Part shown: positions 1-9,680 of the stretch, one piece after another
Layout: every line of letters starts with the position of its first letter
How positions within the stretch are numbered: the stretch's first letter is position 1
Virus record (IMG/VR): IMGVR_UViG_2894625894_000003
Span: 87,535-151,534 of that record
Direction: 5' to 3' (one strand)
From: a virus
Lineage: Duplodnaviria > Caudoviricetes
DNA: 64,000 nt
Translations under genes and position numbers: made by a program
Notes under the pieces: generated by a model
The model's database searches: none
What the model saw: only the letters and a program-made list of their open reading frames with translations
Told to the model about the DNA's origin: nothing

Positions 1-1
1 T

Positions 2-1711
2 GATTACCGAGCCGTGGTCAACCTGTAAACCCAGTACGTAGAGCATGTTCTGAGCACCGAACTGCAGATCCCCGGTTCCATCGTGAAAGGGGCTGATACT
101 ACAGTCGGGCAGCCGGTGGTGCCGGATGGGCTTTCCAGCCAGCTCCCCCCAGATCAAGGGATCATTGGGGTAGCGAAGCACCGACTCCCAATAGCCCATC
201 TCCCCAGTCTCCCAGATGGTATCTTTACAGGGGTCATAAGGCTGATGGGGCTGGGTTAGCGTCCTGGCTGTATTATAAACCTGCCAGTAGGCGGGCACGG
301 CTGGGTTGCAGTCCGTCTGCTGGCTAAGCCGGTCAGCATTATCGGGTGCTGGCTTGAGCTCGTCAGTAGACGCTATCCGGCCCGGCAGGTGCAGCACACA
401 GGATTCCTCCCCCGTATCATACTCAAAGACCAATCCAACAGCAATTACCTCATCGCGGGGGTAGCCCGTCATCCGGCTGGCGGTAACCCCATTACGGTAG
501 GACCCTTCGGGTAAACTGGTTGTTGCCCACCCCAGGCGGATGCTATTGACGACCCGTTGGAGGTTAGGCTTACTGTACTCGGTCAGTCCCCAGGTAAAGA
601 GTTTGTTACCCGACTCGGTCAGTCCCTTGCTGGATTCGTAGTAGGCCCTTCGACTCAGCAGTTCGGCCAGCGGTAGGGTTGTCATCGTCTCATTACCCGT
701 TATGAGTAGCTGTCCCTGGTCGATAGGGAATGTTCCTACCAGCCGACTTTGCAGGGCACCATCGACGTTCTGGAGCATGACCAGGTTATAAAACGGAAAG
801 CTGGCCGTGTCCGCTGTTACCGTCAACCGGATTGCCTGCCCGGTATCGTAATCCGTTTCTTCCGTGGTTTGCCGGGTGGACAGGCTGACGGGGTAGGTCA
901 TTCCCTGGTAATCAGACAGGGCATTACCTTGTGCATCCGCATAGGCAGCCAGAAACCGGTAGGTCCCGGCCGGTAGGTTCCCCCCCGAGACAACCGCTGT
1001 CGGCTGCAGTCGAAGACGGCCCAGTAGCGGTTGCATCCGGATCCGGTTCAGATCCAGCTCGGCCAGCCCCGGAAACTGGAAGTAAGGATCCAGCACCAGG
1101 TTGGACAGAGGGTTAAGCGGCTGGCTGTAGGTAAAGTAAAGGTACCGATCGGGATTATACCCATCCACCCAGTAGAGACGCAGCCGGCAGTCGTCAAGCC
1201 GCACCTGGGCATCAATCGGATGATGCAAATTGAAGTTAAACCGAAAATGCTCTACCAGCACCGTCAGTCGGGCACCAGGCCCCACCGATACGGATTCCAG
1301 GGGATGCACCTGGGTAGATGGTGGGCATTCCACACAGGGGGCTACACTGCCCAGATTGTCGATCCCCCGCTCCAGGCGTACCCCCGTGAGCTCCACCAGT
1401 TTGCCTGGGGTCGTGTCAAAGCCGGACAGCGGTTGTTGGTTACCACTGACCAGGGGGGTTGCTTTGGGGGCTAAAAACAGCAAAAGCCGTTCCTGAGCTG
1501 GAACGGCAACGTAGCCAGCTACCCCAAAACCGGCAGGCAGGTGGTGAGCCAGCAGGGTCGATGGCTCATTGGTAATCAAAGGGGCCGTGGGTGTTCCCGA
1601 CAGGGCTGCATTGAGCAAGTAGGGAGAAGCCCCTTCGGGAAGTGCACCCGGGCTCACGTCCCGGTTCATGCCCGGAACGGCCTGGATGGAATGGGCTTGC
1701 GGAGTGGTCAT
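2..1711 (-). CDS. Tail muzzle / stabilization protein (P22 gp10-like, crAss-type), truncated by window edge; absent from ORF track
   Basis: ATG at 1711 overlaps upstream TGA (ATGA); translates MTTPQAHSIQAVPGMNRDVS...ITNEPS...RLYWVDGYNPDRYLYF...GYPRDEVIAVGLVFE, motifs I recognise from crAss-like muzzle proteins; position after ring protein. Confidence 0.8.
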   Translation of the reverse strand, partial: MTTPQAHSIQAVPGMNRDVSPGALPEGASPYLLNAALSGTPTAPLITNEPSTLLAHHLPAGFGVAGYVAVPAQERLLLFLAPKATPLVSGNQQPLSGFDTTPGKLVELTGVRLERGIDNLGSVAPCVECPPSTQVHPLESVSVGPGARLTVLVEHFRFNFNLHHPIDAQVRLDDCRLRLYWVDGYNPDRYLYFTYSQPLNPLSNLVLDPYFQFPGLAELDLNRIRMQPLLGRLRLQPTAVVSGGNLPAGTYRFLAAYADAQGNALSDYQGMTYPVSLSTRQTTEETDYDTGQAIRLTVTADTASFPFYNLVMLQNVDGALQSRLVGTFPIDQGQLLITGNETMTTLPLAELLSRRAYYESSKGLTESGNKLFTWGLTEYSKPNLQRVVNSIRLGWATTSLPEGSYRNGVTASRMTGYPRDEVIAVGLVFEYDTGEESCVLHLPGRIASTDELKPAPDNADRLSQQTDCNPAVPAYWQVYNTARTLTQPHQPYDPCKDTIWETGEMGYWESVLRYPNDPLIWGELAGKPIRHHRLPDCSISPFHDGTGDLQFGAQNMLYVLGLQVDHGSVI

Positions 1712-2409
1712 AGTTGATAGCGGGATAAAAGGCGGCCGTGCCAGCTTTCTTTCCAGGCCAGCAGTTGCTTGAAACTCGGCGTTTTGAGGTAGTTGGTGGC
1801 TACCGCTTCGGCTAGTTCATAGTCCCGTTTGGCCAGGTCCAGTCGTCGTTCCAGGTCATTGACCTCCGCATTGATGTAGAGGTCCTTGAGGGTCTGGTAG
1901 ATAAGAAACTTTTCCAGGTAATCGGTCAGTATCGGTTCAGCCGGCACCAGGATTGAGCCGTTATGGCGGGGAGTCCCCCACCCCTGGACCAGTACATAAC
2001 TATCGGTAAAATCGAACCGAAAGTAATGGCCGTCTTCAGTAAACTGGCGGTGGTAGTGATGGGAACGACAGGGCGATTGACGGTGGATCTGACTGTTTCG
2101 TTCGGCCTGGTGAGAGACCTGTCTGGCCCGGCTGGGGGGAATATACCGCAGCAGGGATCCGCTACTGGCCTCGGGATCTTCCAGCTCATGGATACTCCAG
2201 AAATCGACCATATCGGCGGGCTTGAGTACGCGGTGATTTTTTACGGCCAGCACCCACTCGGTCTCTTCTTTCAGAGACAGGCCCATTCGGCCCATCTCCT
2301 TTTTGAGCAGCGAGTAAAACTCTCCGGTATCCACCAGGTTAGCCGCTACGTAGCTACGCAGTCGGCTTTCAACCCCGCTTATCAGGGAGGCAGCGTCAGT
2401 AAATTGCAT
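1708..2409 (-). CDS. Tail tubular / ring protein (P22 gp4-like, crAss-type)
   Basis: 233 aa helical protein directly upstream of muzzle gene; synteny. Confidence 0.6.
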   Translation of the reverse strand: MQFTDAASLISGVESRLRSYVAANLVDTGEFYSLLKKEMGRMGLSLKEETEWVLAVKNHRVLKPADMVDFWSIHELEDPEASSGSLLRYIPPSRARQVSHQAERNSQIHRQSPCRSHHYHRQFTEDGHYFRFDFTDSYVLVQGWGTPRHNGSILVPAEPILTDYLEKFLIYQTLKDLYINAEVNDLERRLDLAKRDYELAEAVATNYLKTPSFKQLLAWKESWHGRLLSRYQL

Positions 2410-2411
2410 GG

Positions 2412-2933
2412 TTAAGGCTGGAGGCTGGAAAATTTATAGGTTCCTTCGAGATAGTCGTGCCCCTGATCGAGCCGGTCTTTGATGGAGCGGTTCAGCTCCC
2501 GAACGGCCTGAAAGGTAAACAGGTACTTTAACGGAAGGCGGGCTTTCTTGAGCCGGACCCATTTGATACAGTACGTGTAGCCGAAGGTGTGTAAATTAAG
2601 CTGGGGTACCTTCTGGCCCGTCTTACAAAAAGCAACCCGGTCGATAAAGGGCTGATTGCCCCGCACTTTACGTTTGTTAATGATCAGCAAGCCTAGTCGG
2701 TGGGGCAGCCAGAAACCACCCCGATCGGAAAGGACAGCCTCAGCAATGGATTTGTTGGAGGCTTCGATAACGGCCAGCCAGGTTTTGAAGGGAGGAGGGT
2801 TTTTATGACCGGCATAAATGGCCTGCCAGGTTTCTTTGTTGGAAAGCGAATGCCGACCGGCTAGTTTACTGGGCTTGGCCAGCTGTTTTTTCGAGTCGGT
2901 TGTCGTTTTGTAATTCGTCGGGAGGAATTCCAA
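2412..2933 (-). CDS. IHF/HU-like DNA-binding protein (crAss tail-module type)
   Basis: Basic; GFWLPHRLGLLIINKRK, LNLHTFGYTYCIKW, F-x-A-x-R motifs; between ring genes. Confidence 0.7.
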   Translation of the reverse strand: MEFLPTNYKTTTDSKKQLAKPSKLAGRHSLSNKETWQAIYAGHKNPPPFKTWLAVIEASNKSIAEAVLSDRGGFWLPHRLGLLIINKRKVRGNQPFIDRVAFCKTGQKVPQLNLHTFGYTYCIKWVRLKKARLPLKYLFTFQAVRELNRSIKDRLDQGHDYLEGTYKFSSLQP

Positions 2934-3558
2934 GGGGTGATTGTCTCAGCGATTGGGTGAGTGTCGATAGCAGGTCATGCACCAGATAATCCGGCAGCGG
3001 GCTGGTCTGCTCCAGCCGGGAGATTGCCGGATCGTAGGGATCCACCGGGTACTGGAAAAGGCCCCGTACAGTTACCGCTTCCAGATCGTCTCCAATCAAA
3101 TAGAGATGATCATCTGCCCCCCGGTGGTAGTAGCCCCAGCCGGGTGGATGTTCCTGCCGGTTGAGCAAAGCTGGCCATAAGGCGGGGTTCTTGGGGTGAT
3201 ACCGGCGGGAACCATCCAGGGAAGTTACCAGCAGCAGATCACCGGATTGCCCCGAAAACAGGGCGGGCAGCGGTTGTCGACTTTTACGGAGAGATCGGCC
3301 CGACCCCACCAGCACGTGGGTGGGTAGACCTGGCATCCAGGCAGGTACTTCTGCCGGGTCCAGCACCAGGTGGTCAATGACCTGGTAGAGATTGGTTAGC
3401 TTTAAAATCCGGCGGGAGTCCGAGTCACGCCGGATAAAAACCGAAGCCAGCCGAAGGAGCTGGCGGTACAAATATCGGTTGGAAATTCGACTATCCCTAT
3501 CGACCGACCGTAAATTATTTCGGAGGGTGTAGAGCTGCTCCCCAATAGTTTCGTTCAT
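2866..3558 (-). CDS. Tail ring/structural protein (crAss-type)
   Basis: Start reassigned to ATG 3558 overlapping endolysin stop; DSRISNRYLY N-terminus, VTVRGLF..P and C-terminal D..ND motif. Confidence 0.6.
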   Translation of the reverse strand: MNETIGEQLYTLRNNLRSVDRDSRISNRYLYRQLLRLASVFIRRDSDSRRILKLTNLYQVIDHLVLDPAEVPAWMPGLPTHVLVGSGRSLRKSRQPLPALFSGQSGDLLLVTSLDGSRRYHPKNPALWPALLNRQEHPPGWGYYHRGADDHLYLIGDDLEAVTVRGLFQYPVDPYDPAISRLEQTSPLPDYLVHDLLSTLTQSLRQSPLGIPPDELQNDNRLEKTAGQAQ

Positions 3559-4019
3559 AAGTTTGTACGGAGAAATCCTTTGATCGATGCGGCTTTCCGG
3601 CTTCTCCGGCATACCACGAACCCCTCCCGGCTACCTTCATCGTTGGTATTACCTTCAATGGTATGAAAACGGGTTCCTTCCCGGGTAGCTATCACCTGTT
3701 CGACAATGCCGGCGTGGCCCTGTCCTTTCCCATAATCCATGATAAAAATATCACCGGGACGTACATCATCGGCTTTCACCCGAAGGCTCGTCGAGGAATT
3801 CCACTGTTTGAGGACACCACCCGTTTTAAAGAGAGGGTTGATGTCATTTTGTGCCCTGGCTGCTTTTTCAGCACACCAGTAGCAGAAGGCCATGCACCAG
3901 GCGGCCGGGAAATAAATCCCGACCGATTTGAGGTACTGTTCTACGGAATACCCCCAGTTGGAACCCCGGGGGCTTTCTTCCACGCCAACCTGCGATTGAG
4001 CAGCTTGTAAAAGCGTCAT
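3555..4019 (-). CDS. CHAP-domain endolysin (amidase/peptidase)
   Basis: AAWCMAFC (catalytic Cys), GHAGIV (His), TIEGNTN. Confidence 0.9.
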   Translation of the reverse strand: MTLLQAAQSQVGVEESPRGSNWGYSVEQYLKSVGIYFPAAWCMAFCYWCAEKAARAQNDINPLFKTGGVLKQWNSSTSLRVKADDVRPGDIFIMDYGKGQGHAGIVEQVIATREGTRFHTIEGNTNDEGSREGFVVCRRSRKAASIKGFLRTNL

Positions 4020-4027
4020 TGATTACA

Positions 4028-4774
4028 TTAAAAGGGGATATACGTCAGTCCCACCCCGAGGTAGGGAGCTGGTTTGGGTGTTCCCGACTCGGGAATACTG
4101 TAGCCATAACCCACATGAAAACCCAGTTGTAGCCGGGGCTTGGGTGTCTGAACGACAATGGACTGCAGGGTCGGGGTATGCACGTAAGGGTTGGTATTGA
4201 AGGCTGACACGACGGTCTGCCGTTCACCCAGTCCCAGAAAACCGGTTTTCCGGGTAGCTACCTGGAGATGGATCTGGTTGGGCAGCAGCAGCGAGTCGAT
4301 GGTTACACCGGACGAATCGGTTGATCCTTCAATATAAAACTTAGGGAGTGCATTGAGCTGGAAGTCCATGCCCCGCCCCTGATAGGGAATCTTCAGATCC
4401 TTGATGGAGGCCTGCTGACTGGCGATGATTGTTGCCTGTGGGGTAAACTTACGGAGCCGATTTATTTCCCGTTGTAGACTATCCGTCAGGGCAATATACT
4501 GGGCAAGCACCTTAGTGGTGGTAACCGTACCGGCTTGCACCTGGGCCACCTCGACAACCTTGTCGCGGTACTGGATCTGCACCTGCTGGGTTTTGTGGGT
4601 CTGGGTAGCCAGGGCTTCGACCGTCTGACTTTCCTGCTTGGCCGTCTCACAGCTCCGGCTAATGACCAGAATGATGATCATAATAAACAAACAGATCACC
4701 AGCCAGGGGCGGGAAAGTATTTCATGGGTTGCAGCCGAGAACCAGCTTTGTTTGGGTGGGGTCGGAACGGGCAT
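4028..4774 (-). CDS. Putative spanin-like lysis protein
   Basis: N-terminal TM helix, coiled coil, C-terminal amphipathic beta strands ending LGVGLTYIPF; between holin and endolysin. Confidence 0.55.
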   Translation of the reverse strand: MPVPTPPKQSWFSAATHEILSRPWLVICLFIMIIILVISRSCETAKQESQTVEALATQTHKTQQVQIQYRDKVVEVAQVQAGTVTTTKVLAQYIALTDSLQREINRLRKFTPQATIIASQQASIKDLKIPYQGRGMDFQLNALPKFYIEGSTDSSGVTIDSLLLPNQIHLQVATRKTGFLGLGERQTVVSAFNTNPYVHTPTLQSIVVQTPKPRLQLGFHVGYGYSIPESGTPKPAPYLGVGLTYIPF

Positions 4775-4777
4775 GGG

Positions 4778-5104
4778 TTAGAGCTGTTTTTCGTACATTT
4801 TTTGCATGAGGGCCGTATTCTGGCTCAACACTTCGGTATTCCGGGCAACGGTTGCCTGGAACTGTTCCGTGGTACGGATGCTGTCAGCCTGCATCTGGGC
4901 CATCTGCTGAAGAAGCTGCAGGATCTGTTTATCCTTTTCGGCCACCAGAGCCTCTTTTTGCTGGTAAGCCCGGTAGAGGACAATAAGCACCATCAACAGG
5001 ATTCCGGCGATTGACAGATTCTGAGCCAGGGCCTGGACCTGGGTGATACCCGGATCCAGGACGGTCGGTGCGGCAGTGGTAGCCTGCAAAAGGATTGGTT
5101 CCAC
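4778..5104 (-). CDS. Putative holin (single TM plus coiled coil)
   Basis: TM segment IAGILLMVLIVLY; lysis cassette position. Confidence 0.6.
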   Translation of the reverse strand: MEPILLQATTAAPTVLDPGITQVQALAQNLSIAGILLMVLIVLYRAYQQKEALVAEKDKQILQLLQQMAQMQADSIRTTEQFQATVARNTEVLSQNTALMQKMYEKQL

Positions 5105-5113
5105 GGGAAGAAA

Positions 5114-5497
5114 TTAGTCGATGTAATACGTCAGACCGGTGCCGGTGACGGGTAGCTGGGCCGATCCTCGGCAGGATCGCCAGCCGACCAGCAGCCCCGG
5201 CTGGAGGTACCGGAGCTGATTGGTCTGAGGAAAATCAATCGTAGATCCTGGTGTGACGGACAGGGCTGCGTAGATTACGGCTTGTTTGCCATCTGGGACC
5301 GAGATCCCCCGACCGTCATTGTGTAGGGTCTCGGCGGGGGAAATACGGCAGGAACAGATCTGAAGGCGGGAAGCCAGCTGGTGCTTGACGGTTTCCACAT
5401 ACTGGGGATCCTCGGCCAGCAGTTTAGAAGGGTCTATAAATACCTCCTCGGTAACGAGGGTCTCAGAATCTAATAAGAGTGAAAGCATACTAAACAA
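5114..5497 (-). CDS. Hypothetical protein
   Basis: Co-oriented, overlaps upstream stop. Confidence 0.5.
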   Translation of the reverse strand: MFSMLSLLLDSETLVTEEVFIDPSKLLAEDPQYVETVKHQLASRLQICSCRISPAETLHNDGRGISVPDGKQAVIYAALSVTPGSTIDFPQTNQLRYLQPGLLVGWRSCRGSAQLPVTGTGLTYYID

Positions 5498-7268
5498 GCT
5501 GAAGGGTTACTTTATTGGTATCGAGGTTGACAAAGCAACGGGCCGTGAGCTTTTCGACTCCCTGATCGAAATAGTAGGGAACGTTAACCTGCCCGGTATC
5601 TTTTGAGGTAGAAGTGGTCCCCGAGATATAGAAGTCACTACCGTTTGACCGGGGGGTTGCTACAAGATCACCGGCCTGCGTTCCCTGGGAACCCATAGCC
5701 CAAAAAGGCAGATTTTGAGTGATCAGCGGGGTAAGCTCCGTAACATAAAGGGCGATGGAAACAACTCCGGTATATCCCCTGGCCCGCAGTCGGGCACAGC
5801 TCACCATCATCCGGTTAAATACTTTGGCCGGCGGATTCTCTGGGTAGCCAATACTGTCGAAGCTGGCGGCCAGCACCGCATCGTTGGCTGACGAGCCACC
5901 AATGAAGCGTTGGGATTCATCCCCGTGTTTGGTGATAGCCGACTGGCCGGCATACATACCCGACTCAATCATATACCGGCAGGCGTAATTGACCTGGGGC
6001 GGATTCGGATTCCAGCGGCTGGCGTAGGCTTGTAAAGGTTTGTTATCGTAGTGGAAATTGACCGTTACCACTCCCAGAATATCAGGGGATGGTGTGTCAC
6101 ACTGAGGGCTGACCACTTCGACGGTACGATCATACCATTTACTGCAGTCCACCCCGTTCCAGATACGTACGGTCCAGTACTGTCCCTGCCCCGCCGGGGG
6201 TGCCGCAACCGAGATACTATGGTTACTGGTTGAAAATGTTCCTTCCGGAGACGAGCAGTCGTTGCTACCCTGATACGAGCTACCCTGATAGGTCCGGTAG
6301 CGATTACCGTTGGTAATATTGGACAGCTTCAGGGTTGCCGGTCCCATGACATTATTGACGCAGACGGGCTGATCAACACTCAAATTGAAGGAAGGGTTAA
6401 CCGGTTCAGCCGTACAGGCCGGACTGGTAACGGTGATGCTCTTATCGAGCCAGTCGCCACAATTGGTTCCTTTCCAGATCCGGACCGTGTACGTCTTGGA
6501 TTCACCGGCTGGTGGTGCCGGCACCGGAATATCCACCCAGGTCGAATCAAACGTCCCTCTGGGGTTAACGCAGTCATTGGACCCTTGGTAGGTCGATCCC
6601 TCGGAAATATTATAACGGTCTCCGTTACTGACGGCCGTTACGTTCAGTACCGCATTGCTTAAATTTCCATTGGTGCAGGTGGGCTGGGTAATGCCCAGAT
6701 TGAACGAAGGGGTTGCAGGTCCCGGTGTCTGACAGGAAGGCGTACTGATGGTTACCGGCATATCAAACCAGTCTCCACAGTTGGCCCCATTAAAGGCCCG
6801 GATGACGTAATTCCAGGTCTGTCCTACCGGTGGAGGTGGCAATAACACCGTGCCGGAGTTACCTGACCAAATACCATCGGGGCTGGTACAGTCACCTCCG
6901 GAGACAAACGAGCCATCCCGCAGTAATTTATAGCGGTCGGCATTGACGATGTTACTGATGCTGGCCGATGCATTGGTGGGTGTATTACCCACGCAGGCCG
7001 GCTGAGTAACGGCCGTAATGGAAAATCCAGGCTGGGGCGCCTGGGGTACGGGACAGCTCTTCTGGAAGGTTGTTGAAGCAGGTTCGCAGCCGGCCTTACT
7101 GATGACAACCGTGTAGTTGACTACCTGACCGTTGCGGACCGGGTTGTAAGCCGCCTTGTAGGAGGCATAGTCAAAATCGGTACAACGTTCGGTATTGTCT
7201 CCCTCGGCCTTAATCGAAATGCTGTAGGGGGGCGTTCCCCCCTGAATGATTAACTGAACTTCGGCCAT
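5490..7268 (-). CDS. Fibre/adhesin-like protein with three ~105-aa Cys-containing Ig/SprB-like repeats
   Basis: Repeats begin FSITAVTQPAC / FNLGITQPTC / FNLSVDQPVC and share (D/N)RY, P.PP.G, YxxRxxxG..C. Confidence 0.75.
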   Translation of the reverse strand: MAEVQLIIQGGTPPYSISIKAEGDNTERCTDFDYASYKAAYNPVRNGQVVNYTVVISKAGCEPASTTFQKSCPVPQAPQPGFSITAVTQPACVGNTPTNASASISNIVNADRYKLLRDGSFVSGGDCTSPDGIWSGNSGTVLLPPPPVGQTWNYVIRAFNGANCGDWFDMPVTISTPSCQTPGPATPSFNLGITQPTCTNGNLSNAVLNVTAVSNGDRYNISEGSTYQGSNDCVNPRGTFDSTWVDIPVPAPPAGESKTYTVRIWKGTNCGDWLDKSITVTSPACTAEPVNPSFNLSVDQPVCVNNVMGPATLKLSNITNGNRYRTYQGSSYQGSNDCSSPEGTFSTSNHSISVAAPPAGQGQYWTVRIWNGVDCSKWYDRTVEVVSPQCDTPSPDILGVVTVNFHYDNKPLQAYASRWNPNPPQVNYACRYMIESGMYAGQSAITKHGDESQRFIGGSSANDAVLAASFDSIGYPENPPAKVFNRMMVSCARLRARGYTGVVSIALYVTELTPLITQNLPFWAMGSQGTQAGDLVATPRSNGSDFYISGTTSTSKDTGQVNVPYYFDQGVEKLTARCFVNLDTNKVTLQLV

Positions 7269-7269
7269 A

Positions 7270-7797
7270 TTAACAGGTTGGGTTTACAGCCGTCACCGAC
7301 AGCGTACAGCTGGTAGTACAGGTAACTGGTACCGTCTGATCGGCGGCTTTGCAACTGGCATAGCTGGAATCCGAAGCCCGTACCGTGTAGGTTTTTCCTG
7401 AGCTGACCGCATAGGCTTTGGTGGTACCTGGATTGAGCAGCTCGTTGCTGATTTCGGTCGCTCCGTCGAAGATCTGTACCCGTACCTGCCGGGACTGGGA
7501 AAAATTGACCTGTACATTGATCTTGGGGGCAGCGGCATTCGAGCAGTCGGCCGTGGCAAACAAACTTGGAATGGCGGCACAGGGACAGAGCTGGTTAAAG
7601 CTACTGGTAGCCGCGTTACAGGTGCCATTAGAAACCGATACGTTATAGGTATGTGACAGGCCATCCGGGATTGCGGTAAACTGGGCGGGTGTGGTGCCAC
7701 TCAAATACCGGTTGGTACCCTGCGGGTCGGTATCGGCAGCAATACGAATCGTGAACGGACCCGCCCCACCTGTAATGTTTAAATCTACACTTGCCAT
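7270..7797 (-). CDS. Ig-like virion fibre/decoration protein
   Basis: Beta-rich, paired Cys; N-terminal domain paralogous to neighbours. Confidence 0.65.
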   Translation of the reverse strand: MASVDLNITGGAGPFTIRIAADTDPQGTNRYLSGTTPAQFTAIPDGLSHTYNVSVSNGTCNAATSSFNQLCPCAAIPSLFATADCSNAAAPKINVQVNFSQSRQVRVQIFDGATEISNELLNPGTTKAYAVSSGKTYTVRASDSSYASCKAADQTVPVTCTTSCTLSVTAVNPTC

Positions 7798-7800
7798 AGG

Positions 7801-8349
7801 TTAGTCCACACAGGTGGAATTACTGATTTGAAGGGAGAGAGAACAACCGGCCGGTGGGTTAACCTTGACGGCCAGGGTAATGGGTCGGTTACCGCAACCG
7901 TTGGCAACGGTAACTTTGACGGGGTGAGTGCCCTGGGTGAACCCCCGCAGCCGAATGTAGTTGTGGGTGGACGAGCCCCCCTCGATAGCCACGAGCCCGG
8001 CTGGAACTTCCCAGCTATAGGAGAAAGGAGCCTGGCCACTAATACCCGTTACTGTCAGGACTACTTCCCCACCCTGGGGCATGGAGTCCGAACCCTGAAG
8101 GGATCCCCCAGTGGGAGGTTGACAGGCTGGCTGACAGGTGAGCGACACCTGCCGGGTAGCCGTGCGGATGCCATCAAAAATCTGGATGGCGTAGTTATGG
8201 GTCAACCCATCCGCCTGGGGTGTAAATTCGACATCGAACGCATCTCCCTGCCGGGAATGGCGGAGGTATCGGTTTTCAGTCGAAGGGGGCAGCGTCACCA
8301 GGAAACTGGGATTTTGAGCCCCAGGGTATTTAAACTTGACGCGGCTCAT
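7801..8349 (-). CDS. PKD/Ig-like virion fibre/decoration protein
   Basis: PFSYSWEVP...VTVANGCG PKD-like domain. Confidence 0.65.
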   Translation of the reverse strand: MSRVKFKYPGAQNPSFLVTLPPSTENRYLRHSRQGDAFDVEFTPQADGLTHNYAIQIFDGIRTATRQVSLTCQPACQPPTGGSLQGSDSMPQGGEVVLTVTGISGQAPFSYSWEVPAGLVAIEGGSSTHNYIRLRGFTQGTHPVKVTVANGCGNRPITLAVKVNPPAGCSLSLQISNSTCVD

Positions 8350-8351
8350 GC

Positions 8352-8804
8352 TTAGTAGGATTGTAGGTTAGTACCGGCAACCAGTTGCTCGAAGAGTTGT
8401 CGGAGCTGGGGTGTGCTGCGGATGACACTCAACAGGTTGGCTACGTTGAGGGTGATGACCCGTTTCTGATTGATGCCCGTTCCCTGAAGATCCACTGACA
8501 ACAGGCCCGAATTGTCACTGACCAGCGGTATGGAAACCGTTCCCCCGGATTCAGAGGTACCCGAGGTTTCTTCCAACTCTCCGATTTTCTCATCGATGGC
8601 TTCCAGAATGGCCTCCAGGGGGCTGTCGGAAGGCATACCCAAATTGTCAAGTTGAGATAAGCTGTTGGGACGCCCGGCATGGTATCTGACGCATCCAGCG
8701 TCTATTTCGGCATCACAAACGCCCGACGAACGGCAGGGGTCGGCAACAACCGGTGGGCAGTTTCCGCAGGGCACGGAAGAGCCGCATGGTGTTTGTTGGC
8801 ACAT
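8352..8804 (-). CDS. Cys-rich structural protein
   Basis: CVRY...LG...PLEAILEAIDEKI motif shared with 16700-17660 genes. Confidence 0.6.
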   Translation of the reverse strand: MCQQTPCGSSVPCGNCPPVVADPCRSSGVCDAEIDAGCVRYHAGRPNSLSQLDNLGMPSDSPLEAILEAIDEKIGELEETSGTSESGGTVSIPLVSDNSGLLSVDLQGTGINQKRVITLNVANLLSVIRSTPQLRQLFEQLVAGTNLQSY

Positions 8805-8816
8805 GAACAGGTGAGA

Positions 8817-9662
8817 TTAACGGGGTTGCTGATAAACCCAGGTGCGGATGGTAGGAATAGAGCCCAGAATTAGGGCGTAGTCGAAACTTAATCGCTCGGT
8901 AGCGGAGAGAACCTTGGTAGGCGTTATGGCCAGGTAGCCCGTCGGATAATCACCGGGCCTTCCTTTGCCGGGAATACCCAGAAAACCAACGTTAAAATCA
9001 GTCTGTCCCCGGCTCCACAAACCTACGCAGTTCACGCCGGAATCGGAAAGAGCTACCCAGTTTTCGGTAGCACTAAGGGCTACTGCTTCTTCGGTACTAA
9101 GTAGGGGTTGACTCAGGGGTAATTCCAGAAAAGGATCATCTCCACCGTAGTAGACAGGCCGGTAATACTGCCCCGTCAGATAGACCAGTGGGAGCTGATG
9201 GATCCGGGCGGCATATACGGCTTTATCGAATCGGTTGAGCTGTAGTTCCCCGTGGACACGTAGGGCTGGTCCATCCAGCCACACCCACTGGTCGAGTACG
9301 GCTTCGGCCGGAATACCACTCGCTGTTTCTATAAGCAGATTAGTCCGGATATACCGGGTAGTCTCATCGCCTCCCAGGTAAATAACGGGGTTGGGTGTAT
9401 CATAGAAATCCGTAGTCTGAGCAGCTGACCAGCCAACTGTTTGATGGGACGTATGAAGCGGAAAGCCCAGCACCTGGTAGGGTACTGGGCCGCTCCGCAC
9501 AATGATACCCGTTCGACGGGAGGCCGTCAGGGTGTTGAGCACATTGGGCTGGCCTTTCAATCCCAATTCCAGGAGGCCCCCACCGGCCTGGGTATCCAGG
9601 CTACAGTAGAGGACCTCACTTTGGAGAGTGGGATCTGTCAGCGCCGGTAAGGGCGTGTACAT
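8817..9662 (-). CDS. Beta-rich protein, paralog of the C-terminal part of the 1580-aa protein
   Basis: Aligns by eye: WVWLDGPALRVH...YAARIHQLPLVY...YYGGDDPF..LPL vs GWIDFD..VVRRH...YPTPRQQEAPCWY...YIAGQPFTNAPL. Confidence 0.65.
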   Translation of the reverse strand: MYTPLPALTDPTLQSEVLYCSLDTQAGGGLLELGLKGQPNVLNTLTASRRTGIIVRSGPVPYQVLGFPLHTSHQTVGWSAAQTTDFYDTPNPVIYLGGDETTRYIRTNLLIETASGIPAEAVLDQWVWLDGPALRVHGELQLNRFDKAVYAARIHQLPLVYLTGQYYRPVYYGGDDPFLELPLSQPLLSTEEAVALSATENWVALSDSGVNCVGLWSRGQTDFNVGFLGIPGKGRPGDYPTGYLAITPTKVLSATERLSFDYALILGSIPTIRTWVYQQPR

Positions 9663-9680
9663 AAAAAGAATTTTTTGCTA

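Noticed and set aside
5490-7268. DGR target or shufflon in repeated fibre gene
   Set aside because: Repeats are diverged at protein level; no reverse transcriptase, template repeat or inverted cassettes seen in the window
7798-7803. Programmed readthrough at in-frame TAA-CCT-ATG
   Set aside because: TAA is a poor readthrough codon and the equivalent junction at 7269 is out of frame, so split genes are more parsimonious
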